A stretch of 22,387 bases of DNA from Utricularia gibba. Taxonomy: Eukaryota; Plantae; Magnoliophyta. A program made the position numbers and the translations under genes. This document shows positions 1-16,200 of the stretch, one piece after another. The DNA lies in contig NEEC01000409.1 of assembly GCA_002189035.1 (NCBI GenBank), positions 1 through 22,387 on the forward strand. The letters are read 5' to 3'. Under the pieces are notes generated by a model that saw only the letters and a list, made by a program, of their open reading frames with translations, was not told where the DNA came from and made no database searches. Numbering within the stretch: the stretch's first letter is position 1; the number at the start of each line of letters is the position of its first letter.

Positions 1-3000
1 TGCACCATTCCCGTATACCATGTCTCTAGTGGCTATTTGATTCTTTTGCCTTGTATGTTGTTCGCATCAATTTCGAGAACATGAAGCACATTATTAAATG
101 CAGTCACCACGGAATGCCACGTGAGACACTTTTCGTTGTGGCTTGTTTTTAATATGTCCACAGTTATCGGACAAACGTAACTCCAAATTATAATACTTGG
201 AGCTCGAAAAGGGCTTCCCAACAGTGTGCTATGAAGAGCAAGGATCTGCATGTTATGCAAGAGGTGCTTCGCGACCAGGATGTGCGACGTAGTCATTTCA
301 TTGCGCATCATCATTCGGGTGCATCCTAAAAATCACACGTGCACGGATTCATTAAAAATAAATATTTACGCATATCCAGAGTGTATAACAGTGTTGGGAT
401 AAGTGATGCACGAAATTCATGATGTAGCATGTGACTTTTTTCCAACTTGATCGCATAGTAGATGAATTCTGACACCATATGTTTTGGCTTTGATTGATGC
501 ATTTAGTTGCTATGATACTTCTGATTCTTGATGCACCATTCCCGTATACCATGTCTCTAGTGGCTATTTGATTCTTTTGCCTTGTATGTTGTTCGCATCA
601 ATTTCGAGAACATGAAGCACATTATAAATGTCACCACGGAATGCCACGTGAGACACTTTTCGTTGTGGCTTGTTTTTAATATGTCCACAGTTATCGGACA
701 AACGTAACTCCAAATTATAATACTTGGAGCTCGAAAAGGGCTTCCCAACAGTGTGCTATGAAGAGCAAGGATCTGCATTTATGCAAGAGGTGCTTCGCGG
801 ACCAGGATGTGCGACGTAGTCATTTCATTGCGCATCATCATTCGGGGTGCATCCTAAAATCACACGTGCACCGGATTCATTAAAAATAAATATTTACGCA
901 TATCCAGAGTATATAACAGTGTTGGGATAAGTGATGCCACGAAATTCATGATGTAGCATGTGACTTTTTTCCAACTTGATCGCATAGTAGATGAATTCTG
1001 ACACCATATGTTTTGGCTTTGATTGATGCATTTAGTTGCTATGATACTTCTGATTCTTGATGCACCATTCCCGTATACCATGTCTCTAGTGGCTATTTGA
1101 TTCTTTTGCCTTGTATGTTGTTCGCATCAATTTCGAGAACATGAAGCACATTATTAAATGCAGTCACCACGGAATGCCACGTGAGACACTTTTCGTTGTG
1201 GCTTGTTTTTAATATGTCCACAGTTATCGGACAAACGTAACTCCAAATTATAATACTTGGAGCTCGAAAGGGCTTCCAACAGTGTGCTATGAAGAGCAAG
1301 GATCTGCATGTTATGCAAGAGGTGCTTCGCGGACCAGGATGTGCGACGTAGTCATTTCATTGCGCATCATCATTCGGGGTGCATCCTAAAAATCACACGT
1401 GCACGGATTCATTAAAAATAAATATTTACGCATATCCAGAGTGTATAACAGTGTTGGGATAAGTGATGCCACGAATTCATGATGTAGCATGTGACTTTTT
1501 TCCAACTTGATCGCATAGTAGATGAATTCTGACACCATGTTTTGGCTTTTGATTGATGCATTTAGTTGCTATGATACTTCTGATTCTTGATGCACCATTC
1601 CCGTATACCATGTCTCTAGTGGCTATTTGATTCTTTTGCCTTGTATGTTGTTCGCATCAATTTCGAGAACATGAAGCACATTATTAAATGCAGTCACCAC
1701 GGAATGCCACGTGAGACACTTTTCGTTGTGGCTTGTTTTTAATGTCCACAGTTATCGGACAAACGTAACTCCAAATTATAATACTTGGAGCTCGAAAAGG
1801 GCTTCCCAACAGTGTGCTATGAAGAGCAAGGATCTGCATGTTATGCAAGAGGTGCTTCGCGGACCAGGATGTGCGACGTAGTCATTCATTGCGCATCATC
1901 ATTCGGGGTGCATCCTAAAAATCACACGTGCACGGATTCATTAAAAATAAATATTTACGCATATCCAGAGTATATAACAGTGTTGGGATAAGTGATGCCA
2001 CGAAATTCATGATGTAGCATGTGACTTTTTTCCAACTTGATCGCATAGTAGATGAATTCTGACACCATATGTTTTGGCTTTGATTGATGCATTTAGTTGC
2101 TATGATACTTCTGATTCTTGATGCACCATTCCCGTATACCATGTCTCTAGTGGCTATTTGATTCTTTTGCCTTGTATGTTGTTCGCATCAATTTCGAGAA
2201 CATGAAGCACATTATTAAATGCAGTCACCACGGAATGCCACGTGAGACACTTTTCGTTGTGGCTTGTTTTTAATATGTCCACAGTTATCGGACAAACGTA
2301 ACTCCAAATTATAATACTTGGAGCTCGAAAAGGGCTTCCCAACAGTGTGCTATGAAGAGCAAGGATCTGCATGTTATGCAAGAGGTGCTTCGCGGACCAG
2401 GATGTGCGACGTAGTCATTTCATTGCGCATCATCATTCGGGGTGCATCCTAAAAATCACACGTGCACGGATTCATTAAAAATAAATATTTACGCATATCC
2501 AGAGTGTATAACAGTGTTGGGATAAGTGATGCCACGAAATTCATGATGTAGCATGTGACTTTTTTTCCAACTTGATCGCATAGTAGATGAATTCTGACAC
2601 CATATGTTTTGGCTTTTGATTGATGCATTTAGTTGCTATGATACTTCTGATTCTTGATGCACCATTCCCGTATACCATGTCTCTAGTGGCTATTTGATTC
2701 TTTTGCCTTGTATGTTGTTCGCATCAATTTCGAGAACATGAAGCACATTATTAAATGCAGTCACCACGGAATGCCACGTGAGACACTTTTCGTTGTGGCT
2801 TGTTTTTAATATGTCCACAGTTATCGGACAAACGTAACTCCAAATTATAATACTTGGAGCGAAAAGGGCTTCCCAACAGTGTGCTATGAAGAGCAAGGAT
2901 CTGCATGTTATGCAAGAGGTGCTTCGCGGACCAGGATGTGCGACGTAGTCATTTCATTGCGCATCATCATTCGGGGTGCATCCTAAAAATCACACGTGCA

Positions 3001-3721
3001 CGGATTCATTAAAAATAAATATTTACGCATATCCAGAGTGTATAACAGTGTTGGGATAAGTGATGCCACGAAATTCATGATAGCATGTGACTTTTTTCCA
3101 ACTTGATCGCATAGTAGATGAATTCTGACACCATATGTTTTGGCTTTTGATTGATGCATTTAGTTGCTATGATACTTCTGATTCTTGATGCACCATTCCG
3201 TATACCATGTCTCTAGTGGCTATTTGATTCTTTTGCCTTGTATGTTGTTCGCATCAATTTCGAGAACATGAAGCACATTATTAAATGCAGTCACCACGGA
3301 ATGCCACGTGAGACACTTTTCGTTGTGGCTTGTTTTTAATATGTCCACAGTTATCGGACAAACGTAACTCCAAATTATAATACTTGGAGCTCGAAAGGGC
3401 TTCCCAACAGTGTGCTATGAAGAGCAAGGATCTGCATGTTATGCAAGAGGTGCTTCGCGGACCAGGATGTGCGACGTAGTCATTTCATTGCGCATCATCA
3501 TTCGGGGTGCATCCTAAAAATCACACGTGCACGGGATTCATTAAAAATAAATATTTACGCATATCCAGAGTGTATAACAGTGTTGGATAAGTGATGCCAC
3601 GAAATTCATGATGTAGCATGTGACTTTTTTCCAACTTGATCGCATAGTAGATGAATTCTGACACCATATGTTTTGGCTTTTGATTGATGCATTTAGTTGC
3701 TATGATACTTCTGATTCTTGA

Positions 3722-4224
3722 TGCACCATTCCGTATACCATGTCTCTAGTGGCTATTTGATTCTTTTGCCTTGTATGTTGTTCGCATCAATTTCGAGAAC
3801 ATGAAGCACATTATTAAATGTTGCCACGTGAGACACTGGGTTACAATATGTCCACAGTTATCGGACAAACGTAACTCCAAATTATAATACTTGGAGCTCG
3901 AAAGGGCTTCCCAACAGTGTGCTATGAAGAGCAAGGATCTGCATGCAAGAGGTGCTTCGCGGACCAGGATGTGCGACGTAGTCATTTCATTGCGCATCAT
4001 CATTCGGGGTGCATCCTAAAAATCACACGTGCACGGATTCATTAAAAATAAATATTTACGCATATCCAGAGTGTATATAACAGTGTTGGGATAAGTGATG
4101 CCACGAAATTCATGATGTAGCATGTGACTTTTTTCCAACTTGATCGCATAGTAGATGAATTCTGACACCATATGTTTTGGCTTTGATTGATGCATTTAGT
4201 TGCTATGATACTTCTGATTCTTGA
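3722..4224. repeat. Shortened, locally garbled monomer (copy 8, 503 bp)
   Basis: At ~3821-3845 the consensus CAGTCACCACGGAA is missing and TTTCGTTGTGGCTTGTTTTT is replaced by GGGTTAC. A further 5-nt deletion changes GCATGTTATGCAA to GCATGCAA near 3941. Confidence 0.8.
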
Positions 4225-7200
4225 TGCACCATTCCCGTATACCATGTCTCTAGTGGCTATTTGATTCTTTTGCCTTGTATGTTGTTCGCATCAATTTCGA
4301 GAACATGAAGCACATTATTAAATGCAGTCACCACGGAATGCCACGTGAGACACTTTTCGTTGTGGCTTTTTTAATATGTCCACAGTTATCGGACAAACGT
4401 AACTCCAAATTATAATACTTGGAGCTCGAAAAGGGCTTCCCAACAGTGTGCTATGAAGAGCAAGGATCTGCATGTTATGCAAGAGGTGCTTCGCGGACCA
4501 GGATGTGCGACGTAGTCATTTCATTGCGCATCATCATTCGGGGTGCATCCTAAAAATCACACGTGCACGGGATTCATTAAAAATAAATATTTACGCATAT
4601 CCAGAGTTATAACAGTGTTGGGATAAGTGATGCCACGAAATTCATGATGTAGCATGTGACTTTTTTCCAACTTGATCGCATAGTAGATGAATTCTGACAC
4701 CATATGTTTTGGCTTTTGATTGATGCATTTAGTTGCTATGATACTTCTGATTCTTGATGCACCATTCCCGTATACCATGTCTCTAGTGGCTATTTGATTC
4801 TTTTGCCTTGTATGTTGTTCGCATCAATTTCGAGAACATGAAGCACATTATTAAATGCAGTCACCACGGAATGCCACGTGAGACACTTTTCGTTGTGGCT
4901 TGTTTTTAATATGTCCACAGTTATCGGACAAACGTAACTCCAAATTATAATACTTGGAGCTCGAAAAGGGCTTCCCAACAGTGTGCTATGAAGAGCAAGG
5001 ATCTGCATGTTATGCAAGAGGTGCTTCGCGGACCAGGATGTGCGACGTAGTCATTTCATTGCGCATCATCATTCGGGGTGCATCCTAAAAATCACACGTG
5101 CACCGGATTCATTAAAAATAAATATTTACGCATATCCAGAGTATATAACAGTGTTGGGATAAGTGATGCCACGAAATTCATGATGTAGCATGTGACTTTT
5201 TTCCAACTTGATCGCATAGTAGATGAATTCTGACACCATATGTTTTGGCTTTGATTGACATTTAGTTGCTATGATACTTCTGATTCTTGATGCACCATTC
5301 CCGTATACCATGTCTCTAGTGGCTATTTGATTCTTTTGCCTTGTATGTTGTTCGCATCAATTTCGAGAACATGAAGCACATTATTAAATGCAGTCACCAC
5401 GGAATGCCACGTGAGACACTTTCGTTGTGGCTTGTTTTTAATATGTCCACAGTTATCGGACAAACGTAACTCCAAATTATAATACTTGGAGCTCGAAAGG
5501 GCTTCCCAACAGTGTGCTATGAAGAGCAAGGATCTGCATGTTATGCAAGAGGTGCTTCGCGGACCAGGATGTGCGACGTAGTCATTTCATTGCGCATCAT
5601 CATTCGGGGTGCATCCTAAAAATCACACGTGCACGGGATTCATTAAAAATAAATATTTACGCATATCCAGAGTGTATAACAGTGTTGGGATAAGTGATGC
5701 CACGAAATTCATGATGTAGCATGTGACTTTTTTCCAACTTGATCGCATAGTAGATGAATTCTGACACCATATGTTTTGGCTTTGATTGATGCATTTAGTT
5801 GCTATGATACTTCTGATTCTTGATGCACCATTCCCGTATACCATGTCTCTAGTGGCTATTTGATTCTTTTGCCTTGTATGTTGTTCGCATCAATTTCGAG
5901 AACATGAAGCACATTATTAAATGCAGTCACCACGGAATGCCACGTGAGACACTTTTCGTTGTGGCTTGTTTTTAATATGTCCACAGTTATCGGACAAACG
6001 TAACTCCAAATTATAATACTTGGAGCTCGAAAAGGGCTTCCCAACAGTGTGCTATGAAGAGCAAGGATCTGCATGTTATGCAAGAGGTGCTTCGCGGACC
6101 AGGATGTGCGACGTAGTCATTTCATTGCGCATCATCATTCGGGGTGCATCCTAAAAATCACACGTGCACGGGATTCATTAAAAATAAATATTTACGCATA
6201 TCCAGAGTGTATAACAGTGTTGGGATAAGTGATGCCACGAAATTCATGATGTAGCATGACTTTTTTCCAACTTGATCGCATAGTAGATGAATTCTGACAC
6301 CATATGTTTTGGCTTTTGATTGATGCATTTAGTTGCTATGATACTTCTGATTCTTGATGCACCATTCCCGTATACCATGTCTCTAGTGGCTATTTGATTC
6401 TTTTGCCTTGTATGTTGCATCAATTTCGAGAACAAAGCACATTATTAAATGCAGTCACCACGGAATGCCACGTGAGACACTTTTCGTTGTGGCTTGTTTT
6501 TAATATGTCCACAGTTATCGGACAAACGTAACTCCAAATTATAATACTTGGAGCTCGAAAAGGGCTTCCCAACAGTGTGCTATGAAGAGCAAGGATCTGC
6601 ATGTTATGCAAGAGGTGCTTCGCGGACCAGGATGTGCGACGTAGTCATTTCATTGCGCATCATCATTCGGGGTGCATCCTAAAAATCACACGTGCACGGG
6701 ATTCATTAAAAATAAATATTTACGCATATCCAGATGTATAACAGTGTTGGGATAAGTGATGCCACGAAATTCATGATGTAGCATGTGACTTTTTTCCAAC
6801 TTGATCGCATAGTAGATGAATTCTGACACCATATGTTTTGGCTTTTGATTGATGCATTTAGTTGCTATGATACTTCTGATTCTTGATGCACCATTCCCGT
6901 ATACCATGTCTCTAGTGGCTATTTGATTCTTTTGCCTTGTATGTTGTTCGCATCAATTTCGAGAACATGAAGCACATTATTAAATGCAGTCACCACGGAA
7001 TGCCACGTGAGACACTTTTCGTTGTGGCTTGTTTTTAATATGTCCACAGTTATCGGACAAACGTAACTCCAAATTATAATACTTGGAGCTCGAAAAGGGC
7101 TTCCCAACAGTGTGCTATGAAGAGCAAGGATCTGCATGTTATGCAAGAGGTGCTTCGCGGACCAGGATGTGCGACGTAGTCATTTCATTGCGCATCATCA

Positions 7201-10200
7201 TTCGGGGTGCATCCTAAAAATCACACGTGCACGGATTCATTAAAAATAAATATTTACGCATATCCAGAGTGTATAACAGTGTTGGGATAAGTGATGCCAC
7301 GAAATTCATGATGTAGCATGTGACTTTTTTCCAACTTGATCGCATAGTAGATGAATTCTGACACCATATGTTTTGGCTTTGATTGATGCATTTAGTTGCT
7401 ATGATACTTCTGATCTTGATGCACCATTCCCGTATACCATGTCTCTAGTGGCTATTTGATTCTTTTGCCTGTATGTTGTTCGCATCAATTTCGAGAACAT
7501 GAAGCACATTATTAAATGCAGTCACCACGGAATGCCACGTGAGACACTTTTCGTTGTGGCTTGTTTTTAATATGTCCACAGTTATCGGACAAACGTAACT
7601 CCAAATTATAATACTTGGAGCTCGAAAAGGGCTTCCCAACAGTGTGCTATGAAGAGCAAGGATCTGCATTATGCAAGAGGTGCTTCGCGGACCAGGATGT
7701 GCGACGTAGTCATTTCATTGCGCATCATCATTCGGGGTGCATCCTAAAAATCACACGTGCACGGGATTCATTAAAAATAAATATTTACGCATATCCAGAG
7801 TGTATAACAGTGTTGGGATAAGTGATGCCACGAAATTCATGATGTAGCATGTGACTTTTTTCCAACTTGATCGCATAGTAGATGAATTCTGACACCATAT
7901 GTTTTGGCTTTGATTGATGCATTTAGTTGCTATGATACTTCTGATTCTTGATGCACCATTCCCGTATACCATGTCTCTAGTGGCTATTTGATTCTTTTGC
8001 CTTGTATGTTGTTCGCATCAATTTCGAGAACATGAAGCACATTATTAAATGCAGTCACCACGGAATGCCACGTGAGAGACACTTTTCGTTGTGGCTTGTT
8101 TTAATATGTCCACAGTTATCGGACAAACGTAACTCCAAATTATAATACTTGGAGCTCGAAAAGGGCTTCCCAACAGTGTGCTATGAAGAGCAAGGATCTG
8201 CATGTTATGCAAGAGGTGCTTCGCGGACCAGATGTGCGACGTAGTCATTTCATTGCGCATCATCATTCGGGGTGCATCCTAAAAATCACACGTGCACGGA
8301 TTCATTAAAAATAAATATTTACGCATATCCAGAGTGTATAACAGTGTTGGGATAAGTGATGCCACGAAATTCATGATGTAGCATGTGACTTTTTTCCAAC
8401 TTGATCGCATAGTAGATGAATCTGACACCATATGTTTTGGCTTTTGATTGATGCATTTAGTTGCTATGATACTTCTGATTCTTGATGCACCATTCCCGTA
8501 TACCATGTCTCTAGTGGCTATTTGATTCTTTTGCCTTGTATGTTGTTCGCATCAATTTCGAGAACATGAAGCACATTTTAAATGCAGTCACCACGGAATG
8601 CCACGTGAGACACTTTTCGTTGTGGCTTGTTTTTAATATGTCCACAGTTATCGGACAAACGTAACTCCAAATTATAATACTTGGAGCTCGAAAAGGGCTT
8701 CCCAACAGTGTGCTATGAAGAGCAAGGATCTGCATGTTATGCAAGAGTGCTTCGCGGACCAGGATGTGCGACGTAGTCATTTCATTGCGCATCATCATTC
8801 GGGGTGCATCCTAAAAATCACACGTGCACCGGATTCATTAAAAATAAATATTTACGCATATCCAGAGTGTATAACAGTGTTGGGATAAGTGATGCCACGA
8901 AATTCATGATGTAGCATGTGACTTTTTTCCAACTTGATCGCATAGTAGATGAATTCTGACACCATATTTGGCTTTTGATTGATGCATTTAGTTGCTATGA
9001 TACTTCTGATTCTTGATGCACCATTCCCGTATACCATGTCTCTAGTGGCTATTTGATTCTTTTGCCTTGTATGTTGTTCGCATCAATTTCGAGAACATGA
9101 AGCACATTATTAAATGCAGTCACCACGGAATGCCACGTGAGACACTTTTCGTTGTGGCTTGTTTTTAATATGTCCACAGTTATCGGACAAACGTAACTCC
9201 AAATTATAATACTTGGAGCTCGAAAAGGGCTTCCCAACAGTGTGCTATGAAGAGCAAGGATCTGCATGTTATGCAAGAGGTGCTTCGCGGACCAGGATGT
9301 GCGACGTAGTCATTTCATTGCGCATCATCATTCGGGGTGCATCCTAAAAATCACACGTGCACCGGATTCATTAAAAATAAATATTTACGCATATCCAGAG
9401 TATATAACAGTGTTGGGATAAGTGATGCCACGAAATTCATGATGTAGCATGTGACTTTTTTCCAACTTGATCGCATAGTAGATGAATTCTGACACCATAT
9501 GTTTTGGCTTTGATTGATGCATTTAGTTGCTATGATACTTCTGATTCTTGATGCACCATTCCCGTATACCATGTCTCTAGTGGCTATTTGATTCTTTTTG
9601 CCTTGTATGTTGTTCGCATCAATTTCGAGAACATGAAGCACATTATTAAATGCAGTCACCACGGAATGCCACGTGAGACACTTTTCGTTGTGGCTTGTTT
9701 TTAATATGTCCACAGTTATCGGAAACGTAACTCCAAATTATAATACTTGGAGCTCGAAAGGGCTTCCCAACAGTGTGCTATGAAGAGCAAGGATCTGCAT
9801 GTTATGCAAGAGGTGCTTCGCGGACCAGGATGTGCGACGTAGTCATTTCATTGCGCATCATCATTCGGGGTGCATCCTAAAAATCACACGTGCACGGATT
9901 CATTAAAAATAAATATTTACGCATATCCAGAGTGTATAACAGTGTTGGGATAAGTGATGCCACGAAATTCATGATGTAGCATGTGACTTTTTTCCAACTT
10001 GATCGCATAGTAGATGAATTCTGACACCATATGTTTTGGCTTTGATTGATGCATTTAGTTGCTATGATACTTCTGATTCTTGATGCACCATTCCCCGTAT
10101 ACCATGTCTCTAGTGGCTATTTGATTCTTTTGCCTTGTATGTTGTTCGCATCAATTTCGAGAACATGAAGCACATTATTAAATGCAGTCACCACGGAATG

Positions 10201-13200
10201 CCACGTGAGACACTTTTCGTTGTGGCTTGTTTTTAATATGTCCACAGTCGGACAAACGTAACTCCAAATTATAATACTTGGAGCTCGAAAAGGGCTTCCC
10301 AACAGTGTGCTATGAAGAGCAAGGATCTGCATGTTATGCAAGAGGTGCTTCGCGGACCAGGATGTGCGACGTAGTCATTTCATTGCGCATCATCATTCGG
10401 GTGCATCCTAAAAATCACACGTGCACGGGATTCATTAAAAATAAATATTTACGCATATCCAGAGTGTATAACAGTGTTGGGATAAGTGATGCCACGAAAT
10501 TCATGATGTAGCATGTGACTTTTTTCCAACTTGATCGCATAGTAGATGAATTCTGACACCATATGTTTTGGCTTTTGATTGATGCATTTAGTTGCTATGA
10601 TACTTCTGATTCTTGATGCACCATTCCCGTATACCATGTCTCTAGTGGCTATTTGATTCTTTTGCCTTGTATGTTGTTCGCATCAATTTCGAACATGAAG
10701 CACATTATTAAATGCAGTCACCACGGAATGCCACGTGAGACACTTTTCGTTGTGGCTTGTTTTTAATATGTCCACAGTTATCGGACAAACGTAACTCCAA
10801 ATTATAATACTTGGAGCTCGAAAAGGGCTTCCCAACAGTGTGCTATGAAAGCAAGGATCTGCATGTTATGCAAGAGGTGCTTCGCGGACCAGGATGTGCG
10901 ACGTAGTCATTTCATTGCGCATCATCATTCGGGTGCATCCTAAAAATCACACGTGCACGGATTCATTAAAAATAAATATTTACGCATATCCAGATATAAC
11001 AGTGTTGGGATAAGTGATGCCACGAAATTCATGATGTAGCATGTGACTTTTTTCCAACTTGATCGCATAGTAGATGAATTCTGACACCATATGTTTTGGC
11101 TTTTGATTGATGCATTTAGTTGCTATGATACTTCTGATTCTTGATGCACCATTCCCGTATACCATGTCTCTAGTGGCTATTTGATCTTTTGCCTTGTATG
11201 TTGTTCGCATCAATTTCGAGAACATGAAGCACATTATTAAATGCAGTCACCACGGAATGCCACGTGAGACACTTTTCGTTGTGGCTTGTTTTTAATATGT
11301 CCACAGTTATCGGACAAACGTAACTCCAAATTATAATACTTGGAGCTCGAAAAGGGCTTCCCAACAGTGTGCTATGAAGAGCAAGGATCTGCATGTTATG
11401 CAAGAGGTGCTTCGCGGACCAGGATGTGCGACGTAGTCATTTCACATCATCAGGGTGCATCCTAAAAATCACACGTGCACGGGATTCATTAAAAATAAAT
11501 ATTTACGCATATCCAGAGTGTATAACAGTGTTGGGATAAGTGATGCCACGAAATTCATGATGTAGCATGTGACTTTTTTCCAACTTGATCGCATAGTAGA
11601 TGAATTCTGACACCATATGTTTTGGCTTTTGATTGATGCATTTAATATGATACTTCTGATTCTTGATGCACCATTCCCGTATACCATGTCTCTAGTGGCT
11701 ATTTGATTCTTTGCCTTGTATGTTGTTCGCATCAATTTCGAGAACATGAAGCACATTATTAAATGCAGTCACCACGGAATGCCACGTGAGACACTTTTCG
11801 TTGTGGCTTTTTTTTAATATGTCCACAGTTATCGGACAAACGTAACTCCAAATTATAATACTTGGAGCTCGAAAGGGCTTCCCAACAGTGTGCTATGAAG
11901 AGCAAGGATCTGCATGTTATGCAAGAGGTGCTTCGCGGACCAGGATGTGCGACGTAGTCATTTCATTGCGCATCATCATTCGGGGTGCATCCTAAAAATC
12001 ACACGTGCACGGGATTCATTAAAAATAAATATTTACGCATATCCAGAGTATATAACAGTGTTGGGATAAGTGATGCCACGAAATTCATGATGTAGCATGT
12101 GACTTTTTTCCAACTTGATCGCATAGTAGATGAATTCTGACACCATATGTTTTGGCTTTGATTGATGCATTTAGTTGCTATGATACTTCTGATTCTTGAT
12201 GCACCATTCCGTATACCATGTCTCTAGTGGCTATTTGATTCTTTTGCCTTGTATGTTGTTCGCATCAATTTCGAGAACATGAAGCACATTATTAAATGCA
12301 GTCACCACGGAATGCCACGTGAGACACTTTTCGTTGTGGCTTGTTTTTAATATGTCCACAGTTATCGGACAAACGTAACTCCAAATTATAATACTTGGAG
12401 CTCGAAAAGGGCTTCCCAACAGGTGCTATGAAGAGCAAGGATCTGCATGTTATGCAAGAGGTGCTTCGGACCAGGATGTGCGACGTAGTCATTTCATTGC
12501 GCATCATCATTCGGGGTGCATCCTAAAAATCACACGTGCACGGATTCATTAAAAATAAATATTTACGCATATCCAGAGTGTATAACAGTGTTGGGATAAG
12601 TGATGCCACGAAATTCATGATGTAGCATGTGACTTTTTTCCAACTTGATCGCATAGTAGATGAATTCTGACACCATATGTTTTGGCTTTGATTGATGCAT
12701 TTAGTTGCTATGATACTTCTGATTCTTGATGCACCATTCCCGTATACCATGTCTCTAGTGGCTATTTGATTCTTTTGCCTTGTATGTTGTTCGCATCAAT
12801 TTCGAGAACATGAAGCACATTATTAAATGCAGTCACCACGGAATGCCACGTGAGACACTTTTCGTTGTGGCTTGTTTTTAATATGTCCACAGTTATCGGA
12901 CAAACGTAACTCCAAATTATAATACTTGGAGCTCGAAAAGGGCTTCCCAACAGTGTGCTATGAAGAGCAAGGATCTGCATGTTATGCAAGAGGTGCTTCG
13001 CGGACCAGGATGTGCGACGTAGTCATTTCATTGCGCATCATCATTCGGGGTGCATCCTAAAAATCACACGTGATTCATTAAAAATAAATATTTACGCATA
13101 TCCAGAGTGTATAACAGTGTTGGGATAAGTGATGCCACGAAATTCATGATGTAGCATGTGACTTTTTTCCAACTTGATCGCATAGTAGATGAATTCTGAC

Positions 13201-16200
13201 ACCATATGTTTTGGCTTTTGATTGATGCATTTAGTTGCTATGATACTTCTGATTCTTGATGCACCATTCCCGTATACCATGTCTCTAGTGGCTATTTGAT
13301 TCTTTTGCCTTGTATGTTGTTCGCATCAATTTCGAGAACATGAAGCACATTATTAAATGCAGTCACCACGGAATGCCACGTGAGACACTTTTCGTTGTGG
13401 CTTTTTTAATATGTCCACAGTTATCGGACAAACGTAACTCCAAATTATAATACTTGGAGCTCGAAAAGGGCTTCCCAACAGTGTGCTATGAAGAGCAAGG
13501 ATCTGCATGTTATGCAAGAGGTGCTTCGCGGACCAGGATGTGCGACGTAGTCATTTCATTGCGCATCATCATTCGGGGTGCATCCTAAAAATCACACGTG
13601 CACGGATTCATTAAAAATAAATATTTACGCATATCCAGAGTGTATAACAGTGTTGGGATAAGTGATGCCACGAAATTCATGATGTAGCATGTGACTTTTT
13701 TCCAACTTGATCGCATAGTAGATGAATTCTGACACCATATGTTTTGGCTTTTGATTGATGCATTTAGTTGCTATGATACTTCTGATTCTTGATGCACCAT
13801 TCCCGTATACCATGTCTCTAGTGGCTATTTGATTCTTTTGCCTTGTATGTTTCGCATCAATTTCGAGAACATGAAGCACATTATTAAATGCAGTCACCAC
13901 GGAATGCCACGTGAGACACTTTTCGTTGTGGCTTGTTTTTAATATGTCCACAGTTATCGGACAAACGTAACTCCAAATTATAATACTTGGAGCTCGAAAA
14001 GGGCTTCCCAACAGTGTGCTATGAAGAGCAAGGATCTGCATGTTATGCAAGAGGTGCTTCGCGGACCAGGATGTGCGACGTAGTCATTTCATTGCGCATC
14101 ATCATTCGGGGTGCATCCTAAAAATCACACGTGCACCGGATTCATTAAAAATAAATATTTACGCATATCCAGATTATATAACAGTGTTGGGATAAGTGAT
14201 GCCACGAAATTCATGATGTAGCATGTGACTTTTTTCCAACTTGATCGCATAGTAGATGAATTCTGACACCATATGTTTTGGCTTTGATTGATGCATTTAG
14301 TTGCTATGATACTTCTGATTCTTGATGCACCATTCCCGTATACCATGTCTCTAGTGGCTATTTGATTCTTTTGCCTTGTATGTTTTCGCATCAATTTCGA
14401 GAACATGAAGCACATTATTAAATGCAGTCACCACGGAATGCCACGTGAGACACTTTTCGTTGTGGCTTGTTTTTAATATGTCCACAGTTATCGGACAAAC
14501 GTAACTCCAAATTATAATACTTGGAGCTCGAAAAGGGCTTCCCAACAGTGTGCTATGAAGAGCAAGGATCTGCATGTTATGCAAGAGGTGCTTCGCGGAC
14601 CAGGATGTGCGACGTAGTCATTTCATTGCGCATCATCATTCGGGGTGCATCCTAAAAATCACACGTGCACGGATTCATTAAAAATAAATATTTACGCATA
14701 TCCAGAGTGTATAACAGTGTTGGGATAAGTGATGCCACGAAATTCATGATGTAGCATGTGACTTTTTTCCAACTTGATCGCATAGATGAATTCTGACACC
14801 ATATGTTTTGGCTTTTGATTGATGCATTTAGTTGCTATGATACTTCTGATTCTTGATGCACCATTCCCGTATACCATGTCTCTAGTGGCTATTTGATTCT
14901 TTTGCCTTGTATGTTGTTCGCATCAATTTCGAGAACATGAAGCACATTATTAAATGCAGTCACCACGGAATGCCACGTGAGACACTTTTCGTTGTGGCTT
15001 GTTTTTAATATGTCCACAGTTATCGGACAAACGTAACTCCAAATTATAATACTTGGAGCTCGAAAAGGGCTTCCCAACAGTGTGCTATGAAGAGCAAGGA
15101 TCTGCATGTTATGCAAGAGGTGCTTCGCGGACCAGGATGTGCGACGTAGTCATTTCATTGCGCATCATCATTCGGGGTGCATCCTAAAAATCACACGTGC
15201 ACGGGATTCATTAAAAATAAATATTTACGCATATCCAGAGTGTATAACAGTGTTGGGATAAGTGATGCACGAAATTCATGATGTAGCATGTGACTTTTTT
15301 CCAACTTGATCGCATAGTAGATGAATTCTGACACCATATGTTTTGGCTTTTGATTGATGCATTTAGTTGCTATGATACTTCTGATTCTTGATGCACCATT
15401 CCCGTATACCATGTCTCTAGTGGCTATTTGATTCTTTTGCCTTGTATGTTGTTCGCATCAATTTCGAGAACATGAAGCACATTATTAAATGCAGTCACCA
15501 CGGAATGCCACGTGAGACACTTTTCGTTGTGGCTTGTTTTTAATATGTCCACAGTTATCGGACAAACGTAACTCCAAATTATAATACTTGGAGCTCGAAA
15601 AGGGCTTCCCAACAGTGTGCTATGAAGAGCAAGGATCTGCATGTTATGCAAGAGGTGCTTCGCGGACCAGGATGTGCGACGTAGTCATTTCATTGCGCAT
15701 CATCATTCGGGGCAGCCTAAAAATCACACGTGCACGGATTCATTAAAAATAAATATTTACGCATATCCAGTATATAACAGTGTTGGATAAGTGATGCCAC
15801 GAAATTCATGATGTAGCATGTGACTTTTTTCCAACTTGATCGCATAGTAGATGAATTCTGACACCATATGTTTTGGCTTTTGATTGATGCATTTAGTTGC
15901 TATGATACTTCTGATTCTTGATGCACCATTCCCGTATACCATGTCTCTAGTGGCTATTTGATTCTTTTGCCTTGTATGTTGTTCGCATCAATTTCGAGAA
16001 CATGAAGCACATTATTAAATGCAGTCACCACGGAATGCCACGTGAGACACTTTTCGTTGTGGCTTGTTTTAATATGTCCACAGTTATCGGACAAACGTAA
16101 CTCCAAATTATAATACTTGGAGCTCGAAAAGGGCTTCCCAACAGTGTGCTATGAAGAGCAAGGATCTGCATGTTATGCAAGAGGTGCTTCGCGGACCAGG

